Counted from the stretch's first letter, positions 45,304-54,807 are shown. The stretch: 64,000 nt of DNA from Candidatus Micrarchaeota archaeon (GCA_026413965.1 JAOAJY010000001.1:57642-121641); one strand, 5' to 3'. A program made the numbers and translations. Notes: a model not told the origin generated them from the letters alone.

Positions 45304-48300
45304 TAGCGCTGCGGGTAAGACCGTGTGTAACTCGCCCCGCCTCCAAGAACTAAAGGAATTGGAATTCCTACTGTGACATAGTATTGGGTAGAATTCCCTT
45401 TCCCAAAACTTACACTAGGAGTAATTTTGAACTCCCATACATTTATGTCTGCTCCTACTCCGGCCTGCAAATGGAAATCATTCAAATTAGATCCCCCAAA
45501 CTGCGCGCTGGTAGTAACATATGGGTTAACCGGGCCTTGTTTATGCTGAATAGTTCCTAGTAGCGTGGCAGTTGGGGGAAGGGGCATATTGAGAGCTTGG
45601 TTCAATCCTGCTTGGACTATCACATCTAGCTTGTCATAAATCTCAAATCTTTTTGTGGCATTAAGATTCAAAGACACTGTGGATGATTGGTAGCTGTATG
45701 ATTCATTTGTGGCGGGCGAAGTGGAAGAATAACTTGTACGATCAACACTTAACCCAACACCAACTAGAAGGTTTTGCGGAACGTTGAACCACATCAGAGC
45801 CGCCTTTCTAGCATACCGTTCAAAATTGGTTTCCTGCCCTAAAAAGACCACCTTGCCGGTATTTACATCTATGCCGACATTAAGGAGGATGTTGTTGTTT
45901 GTATCAACTTGGTAGATTCCTCCGGTGAACTCAACGTGGTGGCTGCGGACTGAAAATTTTATGTAATTGGAAAGTTCTTTAAAGTTATTTAGCTGTATGG
46001 TCTGCTGACCAAACTGCGAATTTTTGAAAAGCTCTGAATCTTCCCTGATACGCTTCCGCGCTTCTTGGAACTTGCCTTGCTCCAAGAGCGAAAAGTATTG
46101 TGTTAGCTTGTCAATGCTACCATCAAATGCGTTAAGCCAGGCCTCATCGTTTTTCACACGAATAAAAACATCATGTATCATGTTCTTAAATTTATCATCT
46201 GGCAGTTTGTTCTTATTCATTAATTCATAGTAATAATTTATCGCTTTGTTGAGGTCGGTTATATTTTCAAATCCAAAAGTGTCTAACAGGCTTGAAGAAT
46301 AACCCACAATGCCGTTGAACTTTTGAAAATTGATAGACAGTTGGTAATCAAACTGTGGTTGGATGCGTGGAATCTCAAGGGGGACAACATTCTGGATATC
46401 ATCTTTTGGAAATTCAATTGTTGGAACTGTTTTCAACGTAAGCTGCTTTTTCGTGCTCCAGACCGGCTTTGTTGCCAAGCCTTCACTGGTTTCTGCATAA
46501 GCAATGAATCTGCCATCCAAGATAGGCGTATTGGCAAACAGCTCTGATTTCACAGACCACTTCTCAGGTTCTTTTCCATTTTTATTGACGAGCAAAAGGT
46601 GCCCAGGATCAACTCGGAAAACTTGCTTTTCGCCATCATTGCGCACAAATTTGACATATTCTGAAGGGACCTCATAAAGCTTGTCCTCCTCGCCGGAATG
46701 CAGCTTGCCGTAAAAGAAAACCTTAAGCTTGTCTTTTTCATGGTTGAATTGGAGCGGAATGCCGTTTAAGCTGTATTGCACTGAAAGCTCCACAGTGTTT
46801 CTCTCAGGCTGAGATATCTCTATATCCAAAGCATATTTACCTTCAATGGAAGAGCTGATTGACCTGCCGCCTCGGGCAGTGAGGGCAACGACAAAAGCGT
46901 TTTGGTTTTTCTCATCGCGCATGCCTTCCTTGGAGGCGTCTTTTCTCATGAAGTAATTTGACAGTTTTGAGATGCTATTTTCATCTGCTTTCATTGAATA
47001 CCTGCCTGTTTGCTGGTTGTATAAGACCACGTCATTGAGCTTGCTATAGCACGATACCGCGTCTAGATAGCCCTCCTTTTTCAAATTTTCCAAATCGTGC
47101 ATAAAGTTGTTGAAGTTGTCGGCTGCCTCCTGCTTGTTGAATCCGTAGCGCTTTGATAGGAGATCTTCAAAAGACTTGAATCCGGATATTTTGTTTGCCT
47201 TCAAAAACTTATCAAAAGCTGCCCTTTGGCTGCTGCTGAGGGAGCTTGAATTTGGAAGGTTCTCTTGGAAAAATTGGACTTTTGCCCTGGTTTCATATTT
47301 TATGAAATCTTTGCCCATTTCTATTAATTTTCCATTCACCTCTTGCAGATAACTTTCGCATTTGCTTGCCCTTTTGAGAGCCAGCTGGTAGTTTTTCTCA
47401 GCCTGGTCCAAAAATTCGCTTAGATTCTTGCCATTATAAATCAGCTCCATTGTTGCACTGCCAGTGAACGTGAAAACTATGTTACTTTGGTTGCATTTTT
47501 TCACAAAATCCTGCCCTTCTTCACTTGCAAAAAAAATGGCAAGCTCGTCCTGGTTTGAGTTTCTGTTTCTACCTACAATATCCTGGTTTGAGTTTATGTT
47601 TCTCTTTACAATATTGTCGTAATCGTATCCCATGGACAAAGCAATCTTCTTGACTTGCCCCCTTACTGCGAACTTGGGGCTATATTCCGCATCAATTTCT
47701 TCTGAGGTGAACTTCCTGCTGTACTTCAATTGGTGTAACATTTGCGACTTTGACTTGCCTTCTGTTGTTTCTTTTTGGTGGTAAGGTAATAGGTTGTTGA
47801 TGGCGTCCTGGATCAACATTCTGCCGGCGGCGTCTTGGTTGGTTTGCAACTCTGCAGAAATTTTGTAGGGAATTGATGATGTTGTGCCATATTCAGATGT
47901 TGTAGAAGTGGGATGTTTGGTCGGAACATGCACCTTTTCATCTATTTCAGCACGTCTTGGGCGAAAGTAGAGAGATATTGCATGCTTGCTGTTTCCAAGA
48001 TTGACATATTGGTTCTGTGAGTTGTCTATTATTGTCTCAACCATCTTGCCAAACTCCTTGTAGGCTGAAAAAGAGTATTCCCCACCCTCTCCGAAAGTGC
48101 CATTTGGATTGATCAGGTATTGCGCAAGAACCTGGTATTTGTTTTGCTTGACATAATCCAGAATTTCTTTTTTCCCTTTCAGTTCTTTCAGCTTTTCTTC
48201 GTATGCGATTATGGAAAAACTATAATTAGGGTCTGAAAGAAGAGAACGTATGAAATAGCCGAGATTTTCCTTTTTATTCATGCCAACTGAAACCATTTCG

Positions 48301-48707
48301 CCTTCCGTGAGCCTTCTGTTTTCTGCTAATTTGTTTTGCGCTTCAGCCAGCTTTTTTACTGACTCATGCCCGAGCTTGTACAATTCTACGCATTTTATGT
48401 AGTTTTTGGCTTTTTGAAGCTCAACTTCATCAGGCTCACCAAGCTGCGCCTGCAAGCTGATGCCTTTGCCGCCAAGCCAATCCTGCCAAGCCTTGCAGAA
48501 AGCAAGAGCGCGCCCGTAATCCTTGTCTGCCTTTTTTGAGCCCAAGCCTGAGATGAAGCTTTGAAGAGAAACGGAAAAATTTTTGAGGCTGGCGGCATCG
48601 TTTTGTTTTCCTTGCCTATGCAAATTGTAGAACTCGTCCTGCAAAGATGACAGCTGCGCTGCAATAGAGGTGCTTTGATCCTGCTGCGCCCTGAACGCTT
48701 GACCCAT
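45303..48707 (-). CDS. Large orphan protein (1134 aa) with an OmpA-C-like motif and a beta-barrel-like C-terminus
   Basis: Long AT-rich open frame with GGTGA upstream. The last ~220 aa consist of alternating hydrophobic/polar beta strands. Confidence 0.7.
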   Translation of the reverse strand: MGQAFRAQQDQSTSIAAQLSSLQDEFYNLHRQGKQNDAASLKNFSVSLQSFISGLGSKKADKDYGRALAFCKAWQDWLGGKGISLQAQLGEPDEVELQKAKNYIKCVELYKLGHESVKKLAEAQNKLAENRRLTEGEMVSVGMNKKENLGYFIRSLLSDPNYSFSIIAYEEKLKELKGKKEILDYVKQNKYQVLAQYLINPNGTFGEGGEYSFSAYKEFGKMVETIIDNSQNQYVNLGNSKHAISLYFRPRRAEIDEKVHVPTKHPTSTTSEYGTTSSIPYKISAELQTNQDAAGRMLIQDAINNLLPYHQKETTEGKSKSQMLHQLKYSRKFTSEEIDAEYSPKFAVRGQVKKIALSMGYDYDNIVKRNINSNQDIVGRNRNSNQDELAIFFASEEGQDFVKKCNQSNIVFTFTGSATMELIYNGKNLSEFLDQAEKNYQLALKRASKCESYLQEVNGKLIEMGKDFIKYETRAKVQFFQENLPNSSSLSSSQRAAFDKFLKANKISGFKSFEDLLSKRYGFNKQEAADNFNNFMHDLENLKKEGYLDAVSCYSKLNDVVLYNQQTGRYSMKADENSISKLSNYFMRKDASKEGMRDEKNQNAFVVALTARGGRSISSSIEGKYALDIEISQPERNTVELSVQYSLNGIPLQFNHEKDKLKVFFYGKLHSGEEDKLYEVPSEYVKFVRNDGEKQVFRVDPGHLLLVNKNGKEPEKWSVKSELFANTPILDGRFIAYAETSEGLATKPVWSTKKQLTLKTVPTIEFPKDDIQNVVPLEIPRIQPQFDYQLSINFQKFNGIVGYSSSLLDTFGFENITDLNKAINYYYELMNKNKLPDDKFKNMIHDVFIRVKNDEAWLNAFDGSIDKLTQYFSLLEQGKFQEARKRIREDSELFKNSQFGQQTIQLNNFKELSNYIKFSVRSHHVEFTGGIYQVDTNNNILLNVGIDVNTGKVVFLGQETNFERYARKAALMWFNVPQNLLVGVGLSVDRTSYSSTSPATNESYSYQSSTVSLNLNATKRFEIYDKLDVIVQAGLNQALNMPLPPTATLLGTIQHKQGPVNPYVTTSAQFGGSNLNDFHLQAGVGADINVWEFKITPSVSFGKGNSTQYYVTVGIPIPLVLGGGASYTRSYPQR
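47548..47613. repeat. Two-copy 33-bp tandem repeat inside the 1134-aa gene
   Basis: tcctggtttgagtttctgtttctacctacaata / tcctggtttgagtttatgtttctctttacaata, encoding IVKRNINSNQD / IVGRNRNSNQD. Confidence 0.85.
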
Positions 48708-48744
48708 CGGCTCACCTATTTTTTTGCATTTTTTCTATTTATAA

Positions 48745-49953
48745 CTATTTGCTTGCTTCCAATATCTTGACCCCTGGCAGCTCCTCGCCTGAGAGGTATT
48801 CTATCAGGGCTTTGCCTGCCAAGGAGACGTATCCGAGCCTCTTGCGGCTTATCTTGAACTTGTCCAAAGCTGAAAGAGTGTGCCCCCCGCCTACGACCGA
48901 GAAGGCTTTGCTTGACTGGACTGCTTGAAGTATCTTTTTTGTCCCGTATTCTGACTCTGGCTTCTCATAGACTCCTGCTGGGCCATTCACAAGCACGGTT
49001 TTTGCCGAAAGGATTTTCCTTGCGTAAAGCTGCGCAGTCTTTCTCCCTATATCCACTATAAGCCCGTCTGAAGGAAGCTTTGAGATGGCAAGCTCTTTCC
49101 TTTTTCCTGATATTGACACAGCGACATCCTGAGGAAAGAGTATCTTCCTTTTGTGTTTGGCAAGAAGCTCCCGCGCGGCAGGCAGATATTCTGTCGCCTT
49201 GGACTCTTTGAGAAAATCAAGCGTTTTGCCAAGCTCCTTTCCAGAGGCAAGGATGAAAAGCTCGCCCAAAACACCGCAGGTGAGGGCGAAGTCCAATTTG
49301 CCTTCTGAAAGCCATTTTTGCATTATGCCTATGGAATCATCCGGCTTTGCCCCGCCAAATACGAAGACTGCCGGCTTTTTCGGGCTTTTGAGCTTGGAGA
49401 GGGCTTCAAGCTCCTTTTGCATCACCCTGCCTGCCACAACAGGCTTTCTGCGGAAGCCGACTATGGATGCCTGCGCCCGATGGGCGGCCGAGAAGGCATC
49501 CAGCACAAACACGTCGCACAATGGGGAAAGCTCTTTGACTATTGTCGCCTGCTCGTTTTCCTCGATTGTTTTGTGCTTTGTTTCATCATCCAAGAACCGC
49601 ACATTCTCAAGGAGCAGGATTTCGCCTGGCTTGAGCCCCATTATCGCCTCCTTTGCTTTGCTGCCGCACACATCACCCACGAATTTCACCGGCTTTCCTG
49701 CCTCCTCTTGAAGAAGGGAGGCGTGCTGCGACAGCGATATGCAGTCATAATCGCCTTTCCTTCCCTGGTGCGCAAGGACCACCACCTTTGCGCCCTTCTC
49801 AGAAAGCTCCTTTATGGTCTGGGCGTGCCCAGCTATCCTGTCGGATTTCTCTACCCTCAGCGTTTTTTCATCCACCGGGCAATTCAGGTCTGCCCTGACA
49901 AAAGCGGTCTTTCCTGAAAAGTCAAAGGTGTCCAAAGTCTGCATAAGCCTCAC
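48745..49953 (-). CDS. pgk: Phosphoglycerate kinase
   Basis: VRADLNCP, LAHQGR, LLENVRF, DAFSAAHR, GGAK and NGPAGVYE. Confidence 0.96.
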   Translation of the reverse strand: MRLMQTLDTFDFSGKTAFVRADLNCPVDEKTLRVEKSDRIAGHAQTIKELSEKGAKVVVLAHQGRKGDYDCISLSQHASLLQEEAGKPVKFVGDVCGSKAKEAIMGLKPGEILLLENVRFLDDETKHKTIEENEQATIVKELSPLCDVFVLDAFSAAHRAQASIVGFRRKPVVAGRVMQKELEALSKLKSPKKPAVFVFGGAKPDDSIGIMQKWLSEGKLDFALTCGVLGELFILASGKELGKTLDFLKESKATEYLPAARELLAKHKRKILFPQDVAVSISGKRKELAISKLPSDGLIVDIGRKTAQLYARKILSAKTVLVNGPAGVYEKPESEYGTKKILQAVQSSKAFSVVGGGHTLSALDKFKISRKRLGYVSLAGKALIEYLSGEELPGVKILEASK

Positions 49954-50032
49954 CCATTAAAACTGGCAGCCAAGCATTTAAACCATTGGCAAAAGGAAAA
50001 AGCCCTTTATTGCTTGCGCGCAAAAACCAGAT

Positions 50033-50824
50033 GTGGAAGGGGAAAACAGGCTATACACCTCTCTTTCGATTGCAGGCGGGTTCTTTTGCCTTGCGGCAGC
50101 CTTGTTCTTCGGCTCAGCGCCAGCCGCAGCTGCAGCCGCGCTCTTCTTTTTCCTCTCGCTTGCCCTATGGAGATACGGGAATGTGCTGGTGCCTGTCTTG
50201 GCGTCTTGGTCAAGGATTGTGGAGGTTGGGAAGGGCTATGAGATACCGCCCTCCCAGGATGTCGTGGTTGGCAGCGTTGGGGGCAGGTTCTTGGCGACTG
50301 CCTTCCTCTCCGCAAGAATCTACGACTCGCCAAGCCAAAAGGACGACAAGGCGAAAACCGCGTCCCTTCTGATGTTTGAGAAAGCGATTTCCTCTGCTGG
50401 ATTCCCTTTCAAAGCCTGCATGCAGGTGTGCAGGCTGGATTTGGCGTCCGAGCTTGAGGAGGTGAAGACAAGGCGGAGCGTGGCTGAGGCAAAGAGGGCG
50501 CAGCTTGACAGCAGCCCCAAGCACGACCCTGAAAGGACAAGGTATGAGCGGGAAATTGCCATGTGGAGCAGGCTTGCTGAAAGGATGGGCGAGGGAGAGA
50601 TGCCTTTGGAGGTGGTGTTCTACTTCTCCACCACAGCGGAAGGAAGGACAAAAGAGGAGGCGATTGCCCGCGCCCGCTCGCAGGCAGACGAGCTTTCTGT
50701 CATGCTCTCAAGCGCGCTGTCATGCGAGGTTTCCAGGCTGAAAGGAGAGGAGATGAAAAGATGCTTTGCGTGGGACTTTTTTGGGCCCACAAGCGCGGAA
50801 GAGATGCGGGACGCAATGTTTTAG
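50033..50824 (+). CDS. Hypothetical protein: two N-terminal TM helices and an alpha/beta domain with a coiled-coil insertion
   Basis: GTG start, hydrophobic N-terminus and coherent codon use; no firm family. Confidence 0.65.
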   Translation: MEGENRLYTSLSIAGGFFCLAAALFFGSAPAAAAAALFFFLSLALWRYGNVLVPVLASWSRIVEVGKGYEIPPSQDVVVGSVGGRFLATAFLSARIYDSPSQKDDKAKTASLLMFEKAISSAGFPFKACMQVCRLDLASELEEVKTRRSVAEAKRAQLDSSPKHDPERTRYEREIAMWSRLAERMGEGEMPLEVVFYFSTTAEGRTKEEAIARARSQADELSVMLSSALSCEVSRLKGEEMKRCFAWDFFGPTSAEEMRDAMF

Positions 50825-50852
50825 GCTGCTTTGCGCAAAATATGAAGCTGGG

Positions 50853-51422
50853 CTACTGGGATGGGTTTTCGCCCTTTGCGTACGCCCTGCAGATGCTCCG
50901 GGCGCTTTCTTCTGCAAGCGTCTTGCAGCTTTCCAGGTCTTTTGTGACCATCGCAACCTTGGCAACGCATGATGCTTTGATGGATGAGCTGGCAATCTTT
51001 TCGCAAACAAGAATGTCCTTTGAAGCCAAAGCCAAATCCCTTATGCAGCTGTCTTTCTCCTCGCCAAATTTGGCTGCGCAGCCCTCCTGCTCTTTTTGTG
51101 GCGGCTGTTGCTGCGGTGCAGGCTCGGCAGCCGGGGGCTGCTCGGGCTCATCTGGCAGCGATTCCTCAGCCGGAACATTCTGCAATTGCCTCTTGGCTGA
51201 AGCGTCTGTGGCATGCTTGAGGCAGGCTGCCCTTTTCGCAATATCATCCATCAGATAGCAAAAAGATGGATTCTGCTCCAAAACCGCTTTCCTGTAAATG
51301 CACTCTGCCTGCTTGCTTTGAGGCAGGCTTCTGCATTCCTCCGGAAGAGAAAGCTGGACGCAGCCAAAAACAAGCAGAAAAATGCCACATGCGGCAAAAA
51401 TTGCGGCTTTGGAGGCAGGCAT
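50853..51422 (-). CDS. Lipoprotein with Cys-pair helical repeats
   Basis: LLVFGC lipobox and about five C-x9/10-C repeats (C..I.....K..C...A) split by a Pro/Gln linker. Confidence 0.75.
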   Translation of the reverse strand: MPASKAAIFAACGIFLLVFGCVQLSLPEECRSLPQSKQAECIYRKAVLEQNPSFCYLMDDIAKRAACLKHATDASAKRQLQNVPAEESLPDEPEQPPAAEPAPQQQPPQKEQEGCAAKFGEEKDSCIRDLALASKDILVCEKIASSSIKASCVAKVAMVTKDLESCKTLAEESARSICRAYAKGENPSQ

Positions 51423-51473
51423 GAGCCAATTTCTCTGCAACATTTTAAATTTGTTTAGAGGGAATGTGGAAGC

Positions 51474-51965
51474 ATGCTGCAGAATCTTCTTTACCCGCGC
51501 CAGGTGGTTTTGGTCACGGCTTCCACAAGCGAAAAAAGCAACGTGACTGCGGTGGAGTGGATTATGCCTGTTGCGGAAAAGCCGCCATTGGTGGCGCTCT
51601 CCCTTGCGAACAACTCGCTAACCCTTGACCTGATTTGCACCTCTATGGAATTTGTGGTCTCCATACCTTCTGAGAGGCTGAAGGAAGCCGCAATCCTTTG
51701 CGGAAGCACGTCCGGCAAATACATAGACAAGTTTGAGGAAGCCCGCTTGACCCAGGTGAGGGCGAAAAAGGTCTCTGCGCCCCTTGTCCTTGAGGCTATA
51801 GCCAACTTGGAGTGCAAGGTCCTGTCTTACAACACTTCGGGCGACCACACTGTTGTTGTGGGAGAGGTTGTGGAGGTCCATTTGCCCAAGCAGAATGGCG
51901 AGCAGGAGCCTTTGCTGTTCAACCATGGCGGAAAAAGGCTTTTTGGCTTCAAAAAAGAGGGCTAA
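51474..51965 (+). CDS. Flavin reductase family protein
   Basis: YPRQVVLVT, CGSTSGKYIDKF, LECKV and GDHTVVVGEV. Confidence 0.9.
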   Translation: MLQNLLYPRQVVLVTASTSEKSNVTAVEWIMPVAEKPPLVALSLANNSLTLDLICTSMEFVVSIPSERLKEAAILCGSTSGKYIDKFEEARLTQVRAKKVSAPLVLEAIANLECKVLSYNTSGDHTVVVGEVVEVHLPKQNGEQEPLLFNHGGKRLFGFKKEG

Positions 51966-53233
51966 TTTGCCAGCCTTTCTCCATAGCCGCACTCAAACCA
52001 ATCATAGCCTATGCTCCATTCCTTGTATGGGCCGTTGATGCAGCAGGGTATGAACTGGCACTGGCTTTTGATTACTGACAGGTTCACAAACCCCTCTTTG
52101 TTGGGGTTTGGGTTGGCGCAGTCTCCTCCGTAGTAATACTGCATGTGCGCCCTCACAAAAGTCCCGCCGTCTTGATATTGGTTGCAGTAGGCATCAGGGT
52201 AGAAAGGCGCGCTTGAGCGGAAGACTGCTACCCTGCGGAAAACCGGGAACGTCTGCTGGCTTGAGGAATTTGTGGAGTTTGTTGCGTTGGTTGTGGAGCT
52301 TGTTGCTCCGGCTGAAAGGTTTGCGGTGCCATTTGCAGGAGAGGTTGGGGGCAGTGGCTGGCTTTTGTTTGATGGGCTTTTGGCTGGCGGGGATGAGTTG
52401 TTGGCTGGCTGGAATGGAGGCGGCTGAGCAGATGGGGAAGAGGGGCTTTGGTTGGCTTGGCTCTGATTGGCTTCTGATTTTGGCGCCTCTTTTTGAGCAG
52501 GAGGCATGGGCTGGCTTTCTTTCTCAGAGGATTTGTTGGTCTGGTTGGCTCTTCTTGCTGTGGAATTGGCAGGGGGCTTGGGCTTTATTTCAGGGGAATT
52601 GTTTGTCTTGTTCAAGGATGATGGAGAGGCATTTTTCTGGCCAGGCTCCTGGATAGGCGCGCTTATGCCTTCTTTCGGGCTTTGTTGCATGCTGCCTTGC
52701 TCTTGCTCGCTTTGGCCCTGCGGAGAAAGGAAGGCAAAATAGGCTGCAGCTGCCATCAGCAGGAAGACTGCCAGGGCCATTGCCGCAGCTGGGATTGGAA
52801 AAGGAGGCTTTGCGGCTTTTTGCGGAGGGCTTGCCTGGCTTTGGGCAGCAGGAGCCAGCGGCTGTGGCTGAGGAGGATTGGGCTGGGGGGAAAGCGGCGC
52901 TTGAGGTGAAGGCTGGGGGGTTGGAGAAGCTGGCTGCTGGGGAGAGGAGCCCAAAGCAGAGCTGCCCAAAATGCTTGCCGGAGGAATTGGCGATGGAGAA
53001 GAAGGCGCAGCGGATGGCTGGGATTGCGCTGGCTGGGCAGGCGGCTGCTGAGGCTCAGGAGGCTCTTGGGAAGACAAAAGCTGGCTTTGGATTTCTGAGG
53101 CTCTCTTGAAAGCCCAATCCACTTTCTCTTTTTTCCAGCCTACCGAAAGAAGAGCGTTCCTTATCTGCTCGTCGTTGCGGTTTTTTTGCCTTGACTTGAT
53201 TATGAAATTCACAAGCTCCTCTTCGCCGCCCAT
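51962..53233 (-). CDS. Bitopic Pro/Ser-rich protein with a C-terminal Cys-rich domain
   Basis: N-terminal helical domain LVNFI...IRNALLSVGW...VDWAF, Pro-rich linker, one TM helix, a stalk rich in N-x-S/T sequons and a 6-Cys tip. Confidence 0.75.
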   Translation of the reverse strand: MGGEEELVNFIIKSRQKNRNDEQIRNALLSVGWKKEKVDWAFKRASEIQSQLLSSQEPPEPQQPPAQPAQSQPSAAPSSPSPIPPASILGSSALGSSPQQPASPTPQPSPQAPLSPQPNPPQPQPLAPAAQSQASPPQKAAKPPFPIPAAAMALAVFLLMAAAAYFAFLSPQGQSEQEQGSMQQSPKEGISAPIQEPGQKNASPSSLNKTNNSPEIKPKPPANSTARRANQTNKSSEKESQPMPPAQKEAPKSEANQSQANQSPSSPSAQPPPFQPANNSSPPAKSPSNKSQPLPPTSPANGTANLSAGATSSTTNATNSTNSSSQQTFPVFRRVAVFRSSAPFYPDAYCNQYQDGGTFVRAHMQYYYGGDCANPNPNKEGFVNLSVIKSQCQFIPCCINGPYKEWSIGYDWFECGYGERLAN

Positions 53234-53291
53234 AGACACACAATCCAAAATCTCATGTGCTGCTTATAAAAGTAATTGGAGAAGGCAGGCA

Positions 53292-53975
53292 TCAGAATTT
53301 GAGCATCCTGAAATGCCTGGAGGAAAAAGCGTCAAGCAAAAGGATGTCTGGAAACAGGATAGCTGGCTTCCCCAAAACCAAGTTCATGGCTTGCTGGGCA
53401 GCAAGGCAGCCGATTGCGTTGGCGACTGGCCCCAAGGCATGGTCGCACGGCAGGCCCCTTCTTGCAGGAAAAGCCGCTGCCACCTCCTTCCTGAAATCTT
53501 TGCCTAAAAACACAGTCAGCATGCCGCGGCTGCCTCTTGCCGACGCGAAAATGTAGGGGACTTTCTGCTTTTCGCAGCCTGAGAATACTGCCAGGCGGGA
53601 AGCCAGCGAATCGGTCGCATCCACAATTGCGTCGCAGCCTCTTGCGAATTCTCCAGCATTCTTTTTTGTGATTTTGCCGAATGCCTCAATCTTGCAGCCA
53701 GGGTTGGTGCCTCTTGCGAACTCCATTGCTGCCTCCACCTTGCTTCTGCCGTCATTTTTGATGGACCAGAGGGCTTGGCGGTTTGCGTTTGACTGCTCAA
53801 AAAATCCGCAGTCGGATATCTTCATCTTCCCGGCTCCTGCCCTGAGGAGAAGCTGGAAGGCTATCCCTCCGACTCCGCCAAGCCCTGCCACCCCTATGCA
53901 AGAGCGCAGAAGGGCTTCTTGCCCCTCTTTGCCTATGCTGGAAAGGTTGGCTTTGGTGATGGAGGAAAGGCGCAT
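53292..53975 (-). CDS. ThiF/MoeB/E1-like adenylyltransferase
   Basis: GLGGVGG, SNANRQ and IVDATD; the Zn-binding CxxC pairs are absent. Confidence 0.85.
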   Translation of the reverse strand: MRLSSITKANLSSIGKEGQEALLRSCIGVAGLGGVGGIAFQLLLRAGAGKMKISDCGFFEQSNANRQALWSIKNDGRSKVEAAMEFARGTNPGCKIEAFGKITKKNAGEFARGCDAIVDATDSLASRLAVFSGCEKQKVPYIFASARGSRGMLTVFLGKDFRKEVAAAFPARRGLPCDHALGPVANAIGCLAAQQAMNLVLGKPAILFPDILLLDAFSSRHFRMLKF

Positions 53976-54021
53976 GAGGGTTTTTGGAAAGGAAATTTAA
54001 TTTTTCTTCCCAAAGCCTGCC

Positions 54022-54807
54022 ATGAAGCCCTTGGTTGTGGTGTCAAAGGAAAACCCTGCCAGCCAGAACATCAAAAGCGCGCTTTTTGGGCTTGAAAGCC
54101 TTCGGCAAGAGGAGAGCGGGCTTTGGTCCTCCTCCGACTTCAAGCTTGCTGAATACAGCGGAAGCATTGTTGAGATTGCGCCGAAGCATGATGCGGAGTA
54201 TTACATATTCGCAAGCACGCACAAAAGCGCAAGCGGAACCCCGTCTTTGACTGTGCACACGCCCGGAAATTGGGGCTCTGCTGATTTGGGCGGCAAGCCA
54301 CGCACACTCAATATCGCATATGCCTCAAAAGTCAAGGAGATTGCGCAGGCGCTTGCCAAGCTTGCAGGCAAGCTGGATGGATGGCAAGCGTCAGTTGAGG
54401 TGGACCACCACGGGCCTTGCCTCTCCCGGCCTGTCCTTTTCGCGGAGATAGGGAGCTCGGAAAAGGAATGGGGCAACCCTGAGGCTGGATGCGCGGTTGC
54501 GCAGGCAATATTGTCTGCCATAAGAAGCGACAGGCACTACCCTGCATACGCCGCATTCGGCGGAACCCATTATGCCCCAAAATTCGCCCCAAAGATAATT
54601 GGCTCAGATGTTGCCGTAGGGCATATCATTTCAGGCTATGCTTTGGAGAAGGAAGGCTGCGGGCAGGAAATGGTGAGGCAGGCGCTTGAGAAAAACGTGG
54701 AAGAGCTTGAAGGCGCGCTTATTGACTGGAAAGGGGTGCGCAAAGAGGCAAAAGAAAGCCTGGTTGCTGCTCTTGAGAGGCTTGGCGCGGCTTGGAAGAA
54801 AGCATAA
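54022..54807 (+). CDS. dtdA: D-aminoacyl-tRNA deacylase (archaeal DtdA)
   Basis: FASTHKS, LTVHTPGN, EVDHHGP, FAEIGS and FGGTHYAP. Confidence 0.92.
   Translation: MKPLVVVSKENPASQNIKSALFGLESLRQEESGLWSSSDFKLAEYSGSIVEIAPKHDAEYYIFASTHKSASGTPSLTVHTPGNWGSADLGGKPRTLNIAYASKVKEIAQALAKLAGKLDGWQASVEVDHHGPCLSRPVLFAEIGSSEKEWGNPEAGCAVAQAILSAIRSDRHYPAYAAFGGTHYAPKFAPKIIGSDVAVGHIISGYALEKEGCGQEMVRQALEKNVEELEGALIDWKGVRKEAKESLVAALERLGAAWKKA

Noticed and set aside
53292..53975. ThiF protein as part of a ubiquitin-like or defence system
   Set aside because: No adjacent ubiquitin-like, E2 or JAB gene; the neighbours are housekeeping or surface genes.
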